From a bacterium (GTDB lineage: Bacteria > Patescibacteriota > Minisyncoccia > Moranbacterales > UBA1568), in NCBI GenBank assembly GCA_021821305.1, contig JAKACP010000001.1, forward strand, positions 260,934 to 324,933: DNA of 64,000 nt. Direction: 5' to 3'. Below the pieces are notes generated by a model. That model was given only the letters and a program-made list of their open reading frames with translations, ran no database searches and was not told the DNA's origin. Positions within the stretch are counted from its first letter, which is position 1. Each line of letters opens with the position of its first letter. The translations under genes and the position numbers were made by a program. Below, piece after piece: positions 8,136 to 17,816 of the stretch.

Positions 8136-9752
8136 ATGATAAGCGAAAGCATACGGACGCTCGTCGAGGCGGCCGTTTCGAAATTGCGGGACGCTCAAGG
8201 CTGGGATCTTCCGGAGATGCCGGCTTTTGACGTGTCCCGGACCAAGGACGAACAGTTCGGCGACTGGGCGGTCAATGTCGCGATGATGCTTGCCAAACCG
8301 CTCGGGAAGAATCCGATGGAAATCGCCGAGGCGATCAAGGATGAGATCCTGAAACAAGTTCAGGACGACAAGATGTCATTCGAAAAGATAGAAGTCGCGA
8401 GGCCGGGGTATATCAACTTCTTTCTTTCGCCGGCGTACCTCACGGCCGTCTTGGGCGAAGTGCTCGAGAAAGGGGAGCATTTCGGCGACTCCGAGATCGG
8501 CAAGGGCAAGAAGATAAACAACGAATTCATCTCCGCGAATCCCGTCGGTCCGCTCCATCTTGGCAACGGCCGCGGTGGGTTCTACGGCGACGCGATCGCG
8601 CGGATTCTCCGCAAGACGGGGCATGAAGTCGTCAACGAATACTACGTGAACGATGCCGGGGAGCAGATCCTCGTCTTGGGGCACAGCGTGCTCAAGGACG
8701 AACAAGCGATCTATCCGGGCGAATACATCGACGATCTCCACGAACGATTCGGGAAACAAGGCGGCGATGTCCGTGAGGTCGGCGAACGATCGGCCGCGTA
8801 CCTCCTGGAGAACGACATCAAAAAAACCGTCTCCGAGGAGATGCGGATAGCATTCGATTCCTGGATTTCGGAGAAGAAGGACATCGTGGAGACGGGTCTC
8901 GTCGACCGCGCCCTGGCCGTGTTCAAGGAAAAGGGCATCGCGTACGAAAGCGAAGGGGCGCTCTGGCTCCGCACGACCGATTACGGCGATGACAAGGATC
9001 GGGTGCTCGTGAAGCAAGATGGGGTACGCACGTATTTCGCGTCCGACTGCGGGTATATCCTCCACAAGATGGAGCGCGGTTTCGATACGCTCATCGTCAT
9101 TCTCGGTGCCGACCATCACGGCTATACTGCGCGCTTCCGCGCCGCGGCGCAGGCGCTCGGATTCGCGGGTGAGATCAGATTCTTCGTCGTCCAGCTGGTG
9201 CGCCTCATGAAGGACGGCAAGGAAGTCCGCATGTCCAAGCGGGCGGGCAACGTCGTCTCGATCGATGAGCTCGTCAGGACGGTCGGGCATGACGCCGCGC
9301 GGTTCTTCTTCCTCATGTACTCGCCCGACACGCACATGAACTTCGACCTCGGGCTGGCCGAGGAACACTCGGAAAAAAATCCCGTCTATTACGTCGAGTA
9401 CGCCCATGCGAGACTCGCGAGCATTCTCCGCAAGGCGGAGGAAGCCGGGCTGTCCCCGGGTCGCGGTTCGCTCCCGCTCCTCGTCCATCCCAAGGAAGCG
9501 ACGCTCATGCGGGAACTCGCGTTCTTTCCCGAACTGCTCCGCACCGCGGCCGAGCAGTACGCTCCGCACAAACTGCCGACCTACGCGATACGTCTCGCCG
9601 ACAGACTGCATTCGTTCTACGCCGAGTGCCGGGTGATCGATCCGGAAAACAGTGAGCTCTCGCAGGCCCGTCTCGCGCTCGTGTCGGGGGTGAAAGTCGT
9701 GCTCAAGGAGACGCTTCATGTTCTCGGCATCGACGCGCCGGAAAAAATGTAA
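8136..9752 (+). CDS. argS: arginine--tRNA ligase
   Basis: 538 aa. Class I motif PVGPLHLGNGRGG and the ArgRS C-terminal anticodon-binding domain. Confidence 0.95.
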   Translation: MISESIRTLVEAAVSKLRDAQGWDLPEMPAFDVSRTKDEQFGDWAVNVAMMLAKPLGKNPMEIAEAIKDEILKQVQDDKMSFEKIEVARPGYINFFLSPAYLTAVLGEVLEKGEHFGDSEIGKGKKINNEFISANPVGPLHLGNGRGGFYGDAIARILRKTGHEVVNEYYVNDAGEQILVLGHSVLKDEQAIYPGEYIDDLHERFGKQGGDVREVGERSAAYLLENDIKKTVSEEMRIAFDSWISEKKDIVETGLVDRALAVFKEKGIAYESEGALWLRTTDYGDDKDRVLVKQDGVRTYFASDCGYILHKMERGFDTLIVILGADHHGYTARFRAAAQALGFAGEIRFFVVQLVRLMKDGKEVRMSKRAGNVVSIDELVRTVGHDAARFFFLMYSPDTHMNFDLGLAEEHSEKNPVYYVEYAHARLASILRKAEEAGLSPGRGSLPLLVHPKEATLMRELAFFPELLRTAAEQYAPHKLPTYAIRLADRLHSFYAECRVIDPENSELSQARLALVSGVKVVLKETLHVLGIDAPEKM

Positions 9753-9774
9753 GACAAACAGGAAAAAGGAATCT

Positions 9775-9960
9775 ATGCCGAAGAAACGAGGTCAGGATGA
9801 GGAAATCCTTCTGTTCGCGATGAAGGTCGTGGGGCCTGTGGCCGTGTTTTTCGTCGCCGCCGCGGTGACGGATATCACGCACGTCGTCCGGTGGGCGAGC
9901 TCCGGCCCGATCGATTCGGCGCTCTACGCCGTTTCCGGGTTGATCGACTCGATATTCTGA
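9775..9960 (+). CDS. small hypothetical membrane protein (61 aa)
   Basis: ATG 23 nt after the argS stop, with a single TM segment. The upstream extension in the ORF track overlaps argS and is unlikely. Confidence 0.3.
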   Translation: MPKKRGQDEEILLFAMKVVGPVAVFFVAAAVTDITHVVRWASSGPIDSALYAVSGLIDSIF

Positions 9961-9991
9961 GACGAGGGATCCATTCCTAGCGCAAACATAT

Positions 9992-10585
9992 ATGGAAATC
10001 GAACCGACGGTATTCTATCTCGTGCGTCACGGGGAAGCGGAGAATAATGTCCTCCACATCCTGAATTCATATTCGGAAGCGGACCGGTATGCGCTTACGG
10101 AGAAGGGACGCGGACAAGCGACGAAGGTCGCCACGAATGATCTGTCCGAAGATACGATCGACATCATCTTCAGCTCGCCGATCCGGCGTACCCGCGAGAC
10201 CGCGGAAATCATCGCTCGCGCGACCGGCGCGAAAGTGATATTCGACGAGCGGCTTCGTGAGACGGATTTCGGAATATACAGCGGTCGCCCGACATCCGCG
10301 CTCTGGGGGAAATATCCCGATCCGCTGATGCGTCTCGATGGGAACGAGGAAGAACATCTTGAGGGGTTCGGCGCGATGCGGGATCGGCTCGAATCGTTTC
10401 TGAAGGACGTCCTCGCGAAATATGCCGGAAAGACGATCGTCATCGTCTCGCATGGTGACCCGCTTGAGCAGGTTCACGGGATCCTGCTTGGAGATTCCGT
10501 ACAAAGGTCCGTGAATGGCTGGTACCCGGAGAAGGGGAGTTGTACGAAAGTGATTTCAAAACTTCACGATATGTCGCGGTCGTGA
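9992..10585 (+). CDS. histidine phosphatase family protein (phosphoglycerate-mutase-like)
   Basis: N-terminal LVRHGE catalytic motif, and VSHG near the C-terminus. Confidence 0.85.
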   Translation: MEIEPTVFYLVRHGEAENNVLHILNSYSEADRYALTEKGRGQATKVATNDLSEDTIDIIFSSPIRRTRETAEIIARATGAKVIFDERLRETDFGIYSGRPTSALWGKYPDPLMRLDGNEEEHLEGFGAMRDRLESFLKDVLAKYAGKTIVIVSHGDPLEQVHGILLGDSVQRSVNGWYPEKGSCTKVISKLHDMSRS

Positions 10586-10608
10586 AGAATTGTGAAATTT
10601 TTTGACAC

Positions 10609-10893
10609 ATGGAAAATATCGCATCAATGTCAGACGGATTCAGTTTCGGGCTTGCAGGGCTCGTGTTCGGGGCGTATCTCGTCATTGATGCGTTGTACGC
10701 GCAGTATACTTATTCGGTCGTGGGGAGGAAGCCGATCCAGGCGGCAAATATCGGCTTTATCATGCATTTTCTCCTCGCATTCGGAGTGATTAATTACGTT
10801 GAGAACTTTCTCTACGTCATTCCGCTCGCGCTCGGCTCTTGGGCGGGCACGTATCTCGTTGTGTGGCGAGAAAAACGGAGAATGATTGCCTGA
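10609..10893 (+). CDS. small hypothetical membrane protein (94 aa, 3 TM)
   Basis: Hydrophobic ORF in an AT-richer segment. A TTGACA -35-like hexamer lies at 10592. Confidence 0.45.
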   Translation: MENIASMSDGFSFGLAGLVFGAYLVIDALYAQYTYSVVGRKPIQAANIGFIMHFLLAFGVINYVENFLYVIPLALGSWAGTYLVVWREKRRMIA

Positions 10894-10920
10894 AATGCAG
10901 ATTTCCGTTAGACTTTCCAT

Positions 10921-11100
10921 ACAATCTTGAACGGCGATGAAGGGATGATCCTCCCGGAGCCCCAGGAAGAACGCCATTGTGGCCGGTAGAACCTGGCGGG
11001 TAAGCCCGTAACAGCGCGAATGAGTCCGCCAGCCGGCGGAGAATGAAGGTGGTACCACGTCATCGACGTCCTTCTCCGTTATTCGGGGCGGGATTTTTTG
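10921..11100 (+). promoter_or_regulatory. T-box-like leader (putative Ile-specific, short Stem I) upstream of HD-domain gene and ileS
   Basis: AAUGAAGGUGGUACCACG at 11042-11059 matches the T-box consensus AAnnAGGGUGGUACCGCG. The upstream hairpin ggcGAUGAAgggaUGAUCCucccGGAgcc has a GA/K-turn-like internal loop and an AUC (Ile) codon in its loop. Nested helices follow: ccagg..cctgg and cggguaagcccg. The downstream operon encodes IleRS. Confidence 0.55.
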
Positions 11101-11110
11101 TTTATAAGGT

Positions 11111-11617
11111 ATGGACCAGTGGAAATCTCAACAGGCGATAATTTTTCTTACCGAACGGATGTCGAAGGTTAAGCTTTCGAAACCGTCGATTATTCATGGT
11201 ATCCGTGCCGGCCTCATCGCCGAAAACTGGTGTGTGGATGAAGATGCGATTCTCGCAAGCTATCTCCATGATATTTTGGAAGACACGGATACGACGTACG
11301 ATGACATGGTCGCTGCTTTCGGGGGAAAAGTAGCGGAAGCGGTCCGTGCCAATACGAAGTTCGGTACGAATGGAGAGAAAAAAGATATCGGACAGATTAT
11401 CGATTCTTGTCTCCGTGTAGGGGAATACGCGGTCATAGCGAAAGCAGCGGACATTCTCGACAATATCCGGAACTACAAGGGATATCATGCGCAGGAAAAA
11501 TGGGAGCGCGAGCGCGAGTCGCTTGAAAAAAAACGGGAAGTTTTTCTGGACAGGTGCGCGGCGTATGTTGACCGGAATTTTTATAAAGACATGGTATCCG
11601 CAATTTTCAGCAAGTAG
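11111..11617 (+). CDS. HD-domain metal-dependent phosphohydrolase
   Basis: HD motif (H..LHDILED) over 168 aa. The stop lies 11 nt before the ileS ATG, so the two genes are likely cotranscribed. Confidence 0.7.
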   Translation: MDQWKSQQAIIFLTERMSKVKLSKPSIIHGIRAGLIAENWCVDEDAILASYLHDILEDTDTTYDDMVAAFGGKVAEAVRANTKFGTNGEKKDIGQIIDSCLRVGEYAVIAKAADILDNIRNYKGYHAQEKWERERESLEKKREVFLDRCAAYVDRNFYKDMVSAIFSK

Positions 11618-11628
11618 CCATAAACATA

Positions 11629-14600
11629 TGTTCAAGAAAGTCGATCCGAAGGTGAGTTTCCCGAAGATGGAGGAGGAGATTCTCGCATACTGGGAATCGA
11701 ACAAGATATTCGAGAAGTCGGTGTCGAAAGATGCGCCGAACGGAGAATTCGTGTTCTACGAGGGACCGCCGACGGCGAACGGCAAGCCAGGGCTTCATCA
11801 TGTCCTGGCCCGTTCGTTCAAGGACATCATCCCGCGGTACAAGACGATGAAGGGCTACCATGCGACGCGCAAGGCCGGCTGGGATACGCACGGACTTCCG
11901 GTCGAGCTTCAGGTGGAGAAGGCGCTCGGACTCAAGAACAAGCAGGACATCGAGAACATCGTTCCGGGTGATGCGCGGGCGAGCGTCATCGAGTTCAACA
12001 AGCGATGCAAGGAATCGGTATGGGAGTATCGCGATCTCTGGGAGAAGATGACCCGGCGGATGGGGTACTGGATGGATATGGAACATCCGTACGTCACGTA
12101 TGAAAACCCGTATATCGAATCGGTCTGGTGGCAGATCGCCCGCATCGCGGAACTCAAGGACGAGAAGGGGGAGAGCCTCCTTTATCGCGGGCACAAGGTC
12201 GTCCCGTACTGCTATCGGTGCGGCACGGCGCTCTCGTCGCACGAAGTCGCGCAGGGGTATCAGACGGTGAAGGATAATTCGGTGTATGTCAGGTTCAAGG
12301 TGAAACCGAATGCCGGGAAAGGATACGACGACCACACCTATTTCCTCGCGTGGACGACGACGCCATGGACGCTTCCGGGAAATGTCGCGCTTGCCATCAA
12401 CCCGGTGATCCCTTATGTGCTCGTTTCCGCAGGCGAGGAGAAGTACATCATAGCTGAACCGCTTCGCGAGAAACTGTTTCCCGATGCTCACGTCGAGAAG
12501 TCCTTCCAGGGCAAAGAACTGCTCGGTGATCGATATGAATGCCTCTATCGGACAGGCGAGGAAGGAACCTGTTATCGGATCGTAGCCGGTGATTTCGTGA
12601 CGACGGATTCCGGAACAGGCATCGTCCATATCGCGCCGGCATTCGGGGAGGACGACGCGAATGTCGCTCGGGAGAGCGGACTGCCGACGCTTCATACGGT
12701 CGACCCCGAGGGGAAAGTCAGTGTCGATGTCCCCGGAAAAGGGATTCCGGTCAAGAAGAAGAACGACAAGAACCGGTACATGGTCGATGATCTCATCATC
12801 GAGGATCTGAAAACGAGAGGACTGCTCTTCAAGGAGGAGATCTACGAACATGAATATCCCTTCTGCTGGCGCTGTGATACGCCGCTCATCTATTTCGCGA
12901 AGCCGTCGTGGTTCATCGCGATGAGCGCGGTGCGCGAGGAACTCGTCGCGAACGCCGAAGCGATCAACTGGATTCCGGAGAATATCAAGGAAGGACGGTT
13001 CGGGGAGTGGCTTCGCGGTGTCCGCGACTGGGCGATCTCGCGGGACCGGTATTGGGGAACGCCGATTCCGATCTGGACCTGTGACGCGTGCGACCGGAGA
13101 GTGGTCGTCGAATCGTCGGCGCAACTCGAGAAACTTTCAGGCAAGAAACCCGATGATCTGCACAAGCCCTATATCGACGATGTCGAATGGGTGTGCGGAT
13201 GCGGCGAGGGGACGATGGAGCGGACGCCGGAAGTGCTCGACGTATGGTTCGACTCGGGGGCGATGCCGCTCGCCCAGTTCTCCTATCCGGCCGGTGCTTC
13301 GGCGGAAGAGAAGGAAAATATCGAGACAGGGAAATCATTCCCGGCAGGATTCATCGCCGAAGGCGTCGATCAGACGCGTGGGTGGTTCTATACGCTTCAT
13401 GCGATCGCGACGCTCCTTCACAAGGCCGGAGCGGTGCCGGCGGGGAACGCGTACGGCAATGCCATCTGCCTCGGACACATGCTCGATGGGAAGGGGAAGA
13501 AGATGTCGAAGTCGAAGGGGAACGTGATCGATCCGTTCCAGATGTTCGACGAGTACGGTGCGGATATGCTCCGGTTCGCGCTTTTCTCGATCAATCAGCC
13601 GGGACTTCCGAAGCGCTTCGACACCAAGGTGATGCGCGACGTCCAGAATCGCGTGTTCCGGATGCTCTGGAATTCGTATTCGTTCTTCATGACGTACGCG
13701 AGCATAGACGGATGGAAACCATCGGACAAGGGACAAGAAACAGGGAACAAGGAACAGGGGAACATCCTTGATCGGTGGATAGTGTCGGAGCTTCAACTGC
13801 TCATGAGATCGGTCGATGAGTCGCTTGCTGGCTATGACGTGTATGGGCCGACCCAGAAGATCGAATCGTTCATCGACGATCTCTCGAACTGGTACATCCG
13901 TCGGAGCCGCGGTCGTTTCTGGAAGCCTGCCCGAACGATGCAATCGGGCGGGACGGAGGACGATGCCGACAAGGAAAGCGCGTACGCGACGCTTCACTCT
14001 GTGCTCGTCGAACTCTCGAAACTCATGGCGCCGTTCACGCCATTCCTCGCGGAAGAGATGTATCGCAATCTGACGGGCAAGGAATCGGTACATCTTGAGG
14101 AATATCCGATGGCGGATGAACGTCTGATTGATGTGAAATTGAATGAGGACATGAAACTTGCTAGGTTCATAGTTTATATGGGTCTTCAAGCACGAGCCGA
14201 ACATAAGATTAAAGTAAGGCAGCCATTGCAGTCTGTCAGTGCACGTCCTCTTGGAATGGAGCTAGAGGAAATCGTTAAAGAAGAATTGAACGTGAAGGAA
14301 TATGACAGTAGTGATCATGATGAAAATTATCGAGGTTCCCTTAATCTTCTTGATTTAACTATAACTCCCGAACTCAAGCTCGAGGGACAGGCGCGTGAAA
14401 TCATCCGCGCTATCCAGGAAGGGCGCAAGAAAGCCGGATTCAACGTGGAAGACCGGATCATGCTCGGATACGAGGGCATGGAAGGTGTGTTCGAGTCCGC
14501 CGATCTCAATGCCATGATCGCTGGTGAGACGCTCGCCGAAGGCGGGGTCTCGAAAGGTGAGATCGCTGACGCGGACTATACCGATTCCGTCGATATCGAC

Positions 14601-14633
14601 GAGGAACGATTCGCTTTCTGGTTGAAGCGGTAA
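11629..14633 (+). CDS. ileS: isoleucine--tRNA ligase
   Basis: HIGH-region PPTANGKPGLHHV, KMSKSKGN, and a zinc-finger-like CxxC...CxC insertion. About 1001 aa from the ATG at 11629 (MFKKVDPK); the upstream extension in the ORF track is unlikely. Confidence 0.95.
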
Positions 14634-14690
14634 TCGGTCACAAAAAAAGACGGTGCGATTATCGCATCGTCCGGTCCCGGGAAATTGTTC

Positions 14691-15020
14691 CTAGAGGGTA
14701 AGGAATATCTTGAAAGGCCTTTCTTTCGCTTCGCTCAGGCAGTATTCCCATACCGCCTTCAGGTCGTTGCGATTCGCGGTCTTTTTCGGCCCGCTTTCGA
14801 TACGGTAACCGTGCTCTTCGTTTTCTCCTACTCTGAAAGGAGTCGCCTTGGTTCCGATCTTGTATTTGTACGATATTTCCAGCAAATCGGCCTTTCGCCC
14901 CGTCTGCTTGAGGTATATTCGTGCGTAATCGACGGCATCGTCGATACCGGGAAAGGCTCCTATGCGCTCACTATCGATTATGGTGAACGGGCCGGCCTTA
15001 TTCCTGCTTGCGATGAGCAT
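14691..15020 (-). CDS. hypothetical protein (109 aa)
   Basis: AGGAGG sits 8 nt upstream of the ATG at 15020. A terminator hairpin plus T-tract (minus strand, about 14653-14682) follows the stop. AT-richer composition. The overlapping + strand ORF looks like antisense. Confidence 0.5.
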   Translation of the reverse strand: MLIASRNKAGPFTIIDSERIGAFPGIDDAVDYARIYLKQTGRKADLLEISYKYKIGTKATPFRVGENEEHGYRIESGPKKTANRNDLKAVWEYCLSEAKERPFKIFLTL

Positions 15021-15090
15021 GGTACAATCCTCCTGAGAGAATGCCTTAGGGCATGACTTCTTCTATCATAGCCGATGATCCGTGTAAAGT

Positions 15091-15807
15091 ATGGAACTCC
15101 GCTACACCGCTATCGTGATCGGGAAACGGGAGGTCGGCGAGACCGACCGTCTCTATACGTTCATGACGCGCGAAGGGGGCAAGATCCGCGCCAAGGCGAT
15201 CGGCGTCCGCAAGGCCGAAGCCAAGCTCGCCTCGTCGCTCGAGACGCTCACGCTCTCCGATATCACGATCGTCCGCGGTCGCGGTATCGGGCGTATCGCC
15301 GGAGCCATCGCCGAGGAGACCTATCCCAACCTCCGATCGGATCTGGATACCCTGTCGCAGGCGCTCGAGGCCGTGCGCATCTTCGATTCCTTGGTCGGGC
15401 TGGAAGAACCCGATCAGGCGATGTTCGAACTCCTGCATGAATACCTCACGCTCCTCGACGGTCTCGCGGAAACAGGCGGGCAGTCGGCCGCACCGCTCCT
15501 GTCCGAGGCGTTTTACGTGAAACTCGCATCCGGACTCGGGTACCACCTCGAGACGTCCGTCTGCGCGGTTTCGGGGGAGCGTCTCTCGCCGGGAGCCGGG
15601 TGTTTCTTCAGTCCGGACGCCGGCGGGGTCGTGCTAGAGGCGCACGCCGACCGGTACTCGGTCGCCATAAGCGAGAACGCGGTCAAGATTCTCCGTATAT
15701 TCCTCGCCAACCGGCTGTCGTCGATCCGGAAGATACGCGTGGACAAGCGCGACGTCGAGGAGCTCTCCCGCATCCGCGCGATCTTTTTCCGGCATATCCA
15801 ACGCTGA
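15091..15807 (+). CDS. recO: DNA repair protein RecO
   Basis: 238 aa with a RecO N-terminal OB-fold-like region, a C-terminal Cys cluster (CAVSGERL...C) and the motif AHADRYSVA. Confidence 0.8.
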   Translation: MELRYTAIVIGKREVGETDRLYTFMTREGGKIRAKAIGVRKAEAKLASSLETLTLSDITIVRGRGIGRIAGAIAEETYPNLRSDLDTLSQALEAVRIFDSLVGLEEPDQAMFELLHEYLTLLDGLAETGGQSAAPLLSEAFYVKLASGLGYHLETSVCAVSGERLSPGAGCFFSPDAGGVVLEAHADRYSVAISENAVKILRIFLANRLSSIRKIRVDKRDVEELSRIRAIFFRHIQR

Positions 15808-15904
15808 TACCTTCGGATACGGGCACTTTTTTGCTATACTTGGAGCAGCGGATCGATTGTTTCTCCCGCCATACTCTATCACCTAAAAGCTAGCACCTGT
15901 TTTT

Positions 15905-17812
15905 ATGGGTCTTCAGGATCTCAACGAGGATATCTATCGTCGCGACTATGCGGACGGGCGCGAATCGCGCACGGAGTATGACCCCGGGAACCCCGAGGCC
16001 AAGGGAGACGTCCAGTTCAAGTCGGACACGTGGGGGGTCAACGAGACTCCGGTCAAGACGAGCGTGTTCTCGAGGATCGGGGAATTCTTCGCCACGAAAT
16101 GGAAGTGGGTCCTCATCGGGCTTATCTCGATAATCTTTCTCGCGTTCCTCGCGAACCTGACCTTCATCCGTGAGATGCTCTTCACCGATGACCGTATCGG
16201 CATAAGCGTCGTGGGCCCGTCCGAAGTCGCGAGCGCCGAAACGGTGGAATATACGCTCCGCTATGACAACGGGAACGTCCTTTCGGCCGACGATGTCAGC
16301 ATCACCCTCACGTTTCCGGACTCGTTCAAGATCGAGCAGGGCGAGGGCATGTCGATAGAGGGGAACAGGGCGACGCTCTCGGTGGGAGAGGTGGGCGGTC
16401 GTTCGTCCGGAGAGGCGAAGTTTTCGGGGAAATTCTACGGATCCAAGGGTACGCTCACCTATCTGAAGGCGACGTTCGGCTTTTCCCCGTCCGGGATGTC
16501 GAGCCGCTTCGAGAAGGACACCCAGTACGGCGTGACCATCGCGTCCTCGCCGCTCGTGCTCGAGGCCATCGCCCCCAAGGAAATCGCCTCCGGAAACGAG
16601 GTGGAGTACGTCATCTCGTATCGCAACGAGAGCGATCTGTCGTTCTCGAATCTCCGCGTGAAGGCGGAGTATCCGGACGGCTTCCGTTTCAACCAATCCG
16701 AACCGAAATCGACGGAAGGCGATTCGCTCTGGCGCATCGGTAACATCCTGCCGCACGCGAGCGGTGAGATACGCATCAAGGGAATCCTCACGGGTTCGCG
16801 CGATCAGGTGAAGGTGTTCCGCGTGTCGCTCGGCGTCCTCCAAGGCGACGATACGTTCGTGGCATACGATCAGAAGGAGCGGACGACCCGCGTCGTCATG
16901 TCTCCGCTTACGATCACGCAGACCGTGAACGGCAAGACCGAACTCTCCGTGAACCCCGGCGATATGCTCAAATACGAGCTCAAATACATGAACGAGGGGA
17001 CGGTCGGACTGCGCGACGTCATCATCACCCTCGAGATGAACGCGTCGCTCCTCGACGTGACGCGGCTCACCCTTCGCGGCGGTTCCTACGATACCGCGAG
17101 GAACATCATCACCTGGAGGGCGTCCGATATTCCCGAACTGGCACGCCTCGAGCCGAATCGCGGCGGGACGGTGACTTTTTCGGTGCCGGTGCGCGGGGAT
17201 ATCGCGGTCAACACCGAAGCCGGAAAACATCTCTCCGTGAGGACGGTCGCGAAGATCGACAGCCTGGATATACCGTTCTCGTCGCCGACCAACAAGGTCA
17301 TCTCGAGCAACATGCTCGATGTCCGTATCGGGTCCGTCGTCGATTTCCAGATCAACGGTTTCTATTTCGATGCCGCACTCCCGAATACCGGTCCGATTCC
17401 GCCCAAAGTCGGGGCGGAAACCACCTATACGTTGCGGTTCAAGGTGACCAATTTCCTCAATGACATCTCCAAGGCCCGGGTTTCCGTGCTGGTTCCGACA
17501 TCGGTCCGCTTCACCGGGAAACGGTCCCCGGACAGCGAATCGGTATCGTACAACGATCGGACCGGACAGCTCACGTGGGATATCGGAAGCATCCTCGGCG
17601 GCGGTGAGAGTTCCCGCGAGGTGGCGCTCCAGTTCTCGATCACGCCGAGCCCGAACCAGATAGGCAATGCGGCCCAGCTCCTCACGAATGCCGTATTCGA
17701 GGCCGAGGACGTGTTCACCAAAGATCCGATCCGCATCGAGCGGGGAAGCAAGACGACCTCGCTTCAGGAGGACAAGAGTATTGCCAGCACGGCGTATGTC
17801 GTCGTACCATAG
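15905..17812 (+). CDS. large membrane-anchored surface protein with tandem DUF11/CARDB-like beta-sandwich repeats
   Basis: 635 aa: cytoplasmic N-terminus, a single TM at about residues 80-100, then repeated roughly 100-aa modules (..VEYTLRY.N.G.., ..VEYVISYRNES.., ..LKYELKYMNEG..). Confidence 0.6.
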   Translation: MGLQDLNEDIYRRDYADGRESRTEYDPGNPEAKGDVQFKSDTWGVNETPVKTSVFSRIGEFFATKWKWVLIGLISIIFLAFLANLTFIREMLFTDDRIGISVVGPSEVASAETVEYTLRYDNGNVLSADDVSITLTFPDSFKIEQGEGMSIEGNRATLSVGEVGGRSSGEAKFSGKFYGSKGTLTYLKATFGFSPSGMSSRFEKDTQYGVTIASSPLVLEAIAPKEIASGNEVEYVISYRNESDLSFSNLRVKAEYPDGFRFNQSEPKSTEGDSLWRIGNILPHASGEIRIKGILTGSRDQVKVFRVSLGVLQGDDTFVAYDQKERTTRVVMSPLTITQTVNGKTELSVNPGDMLKYELKYMNEGTVGLRDVIITLEMNASLLDVTRLTLRGGSYDTARNIITWRASDIPELARLEPNRGGTVTFSVPVRGDIAVNTEAGKHLSVRTVAKIDSLDIPFSSPTNKVISSNMLDVRIGSVVDFQINGFYFDAALPNTGPIPPKVGAETTYTLRFKVTNFLNDISKARVSVLVPTSVRFTGKRSPDSESVSYNDRTGQLTWDIGSILGGGESSREVALQFSITPSPNQIGNAAQLLTNAVFEAEDVFTKDPIRIERGSKTTSLQEDKSIASTAYVVVP

Positions 17813-17816
17813 CGGC

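Noticed and set aside
9718-9774. N-terminal extension of the small ORF overlapping the argS 3' end
   Set aside because: It overlaps the argS coding sequence in another frame. The internal ATG at 9775 after the argS stop is more plausible.
14685-15056. + strand ORF 14685-15056 between ileS and recO
   Set aside because: The minus-strand ORF 14691-15020 has an AGGAGG RBS and a downstream terminator, and its translation looks protein-like. The + strand translation is Arg/Phe-rich antisense-like.
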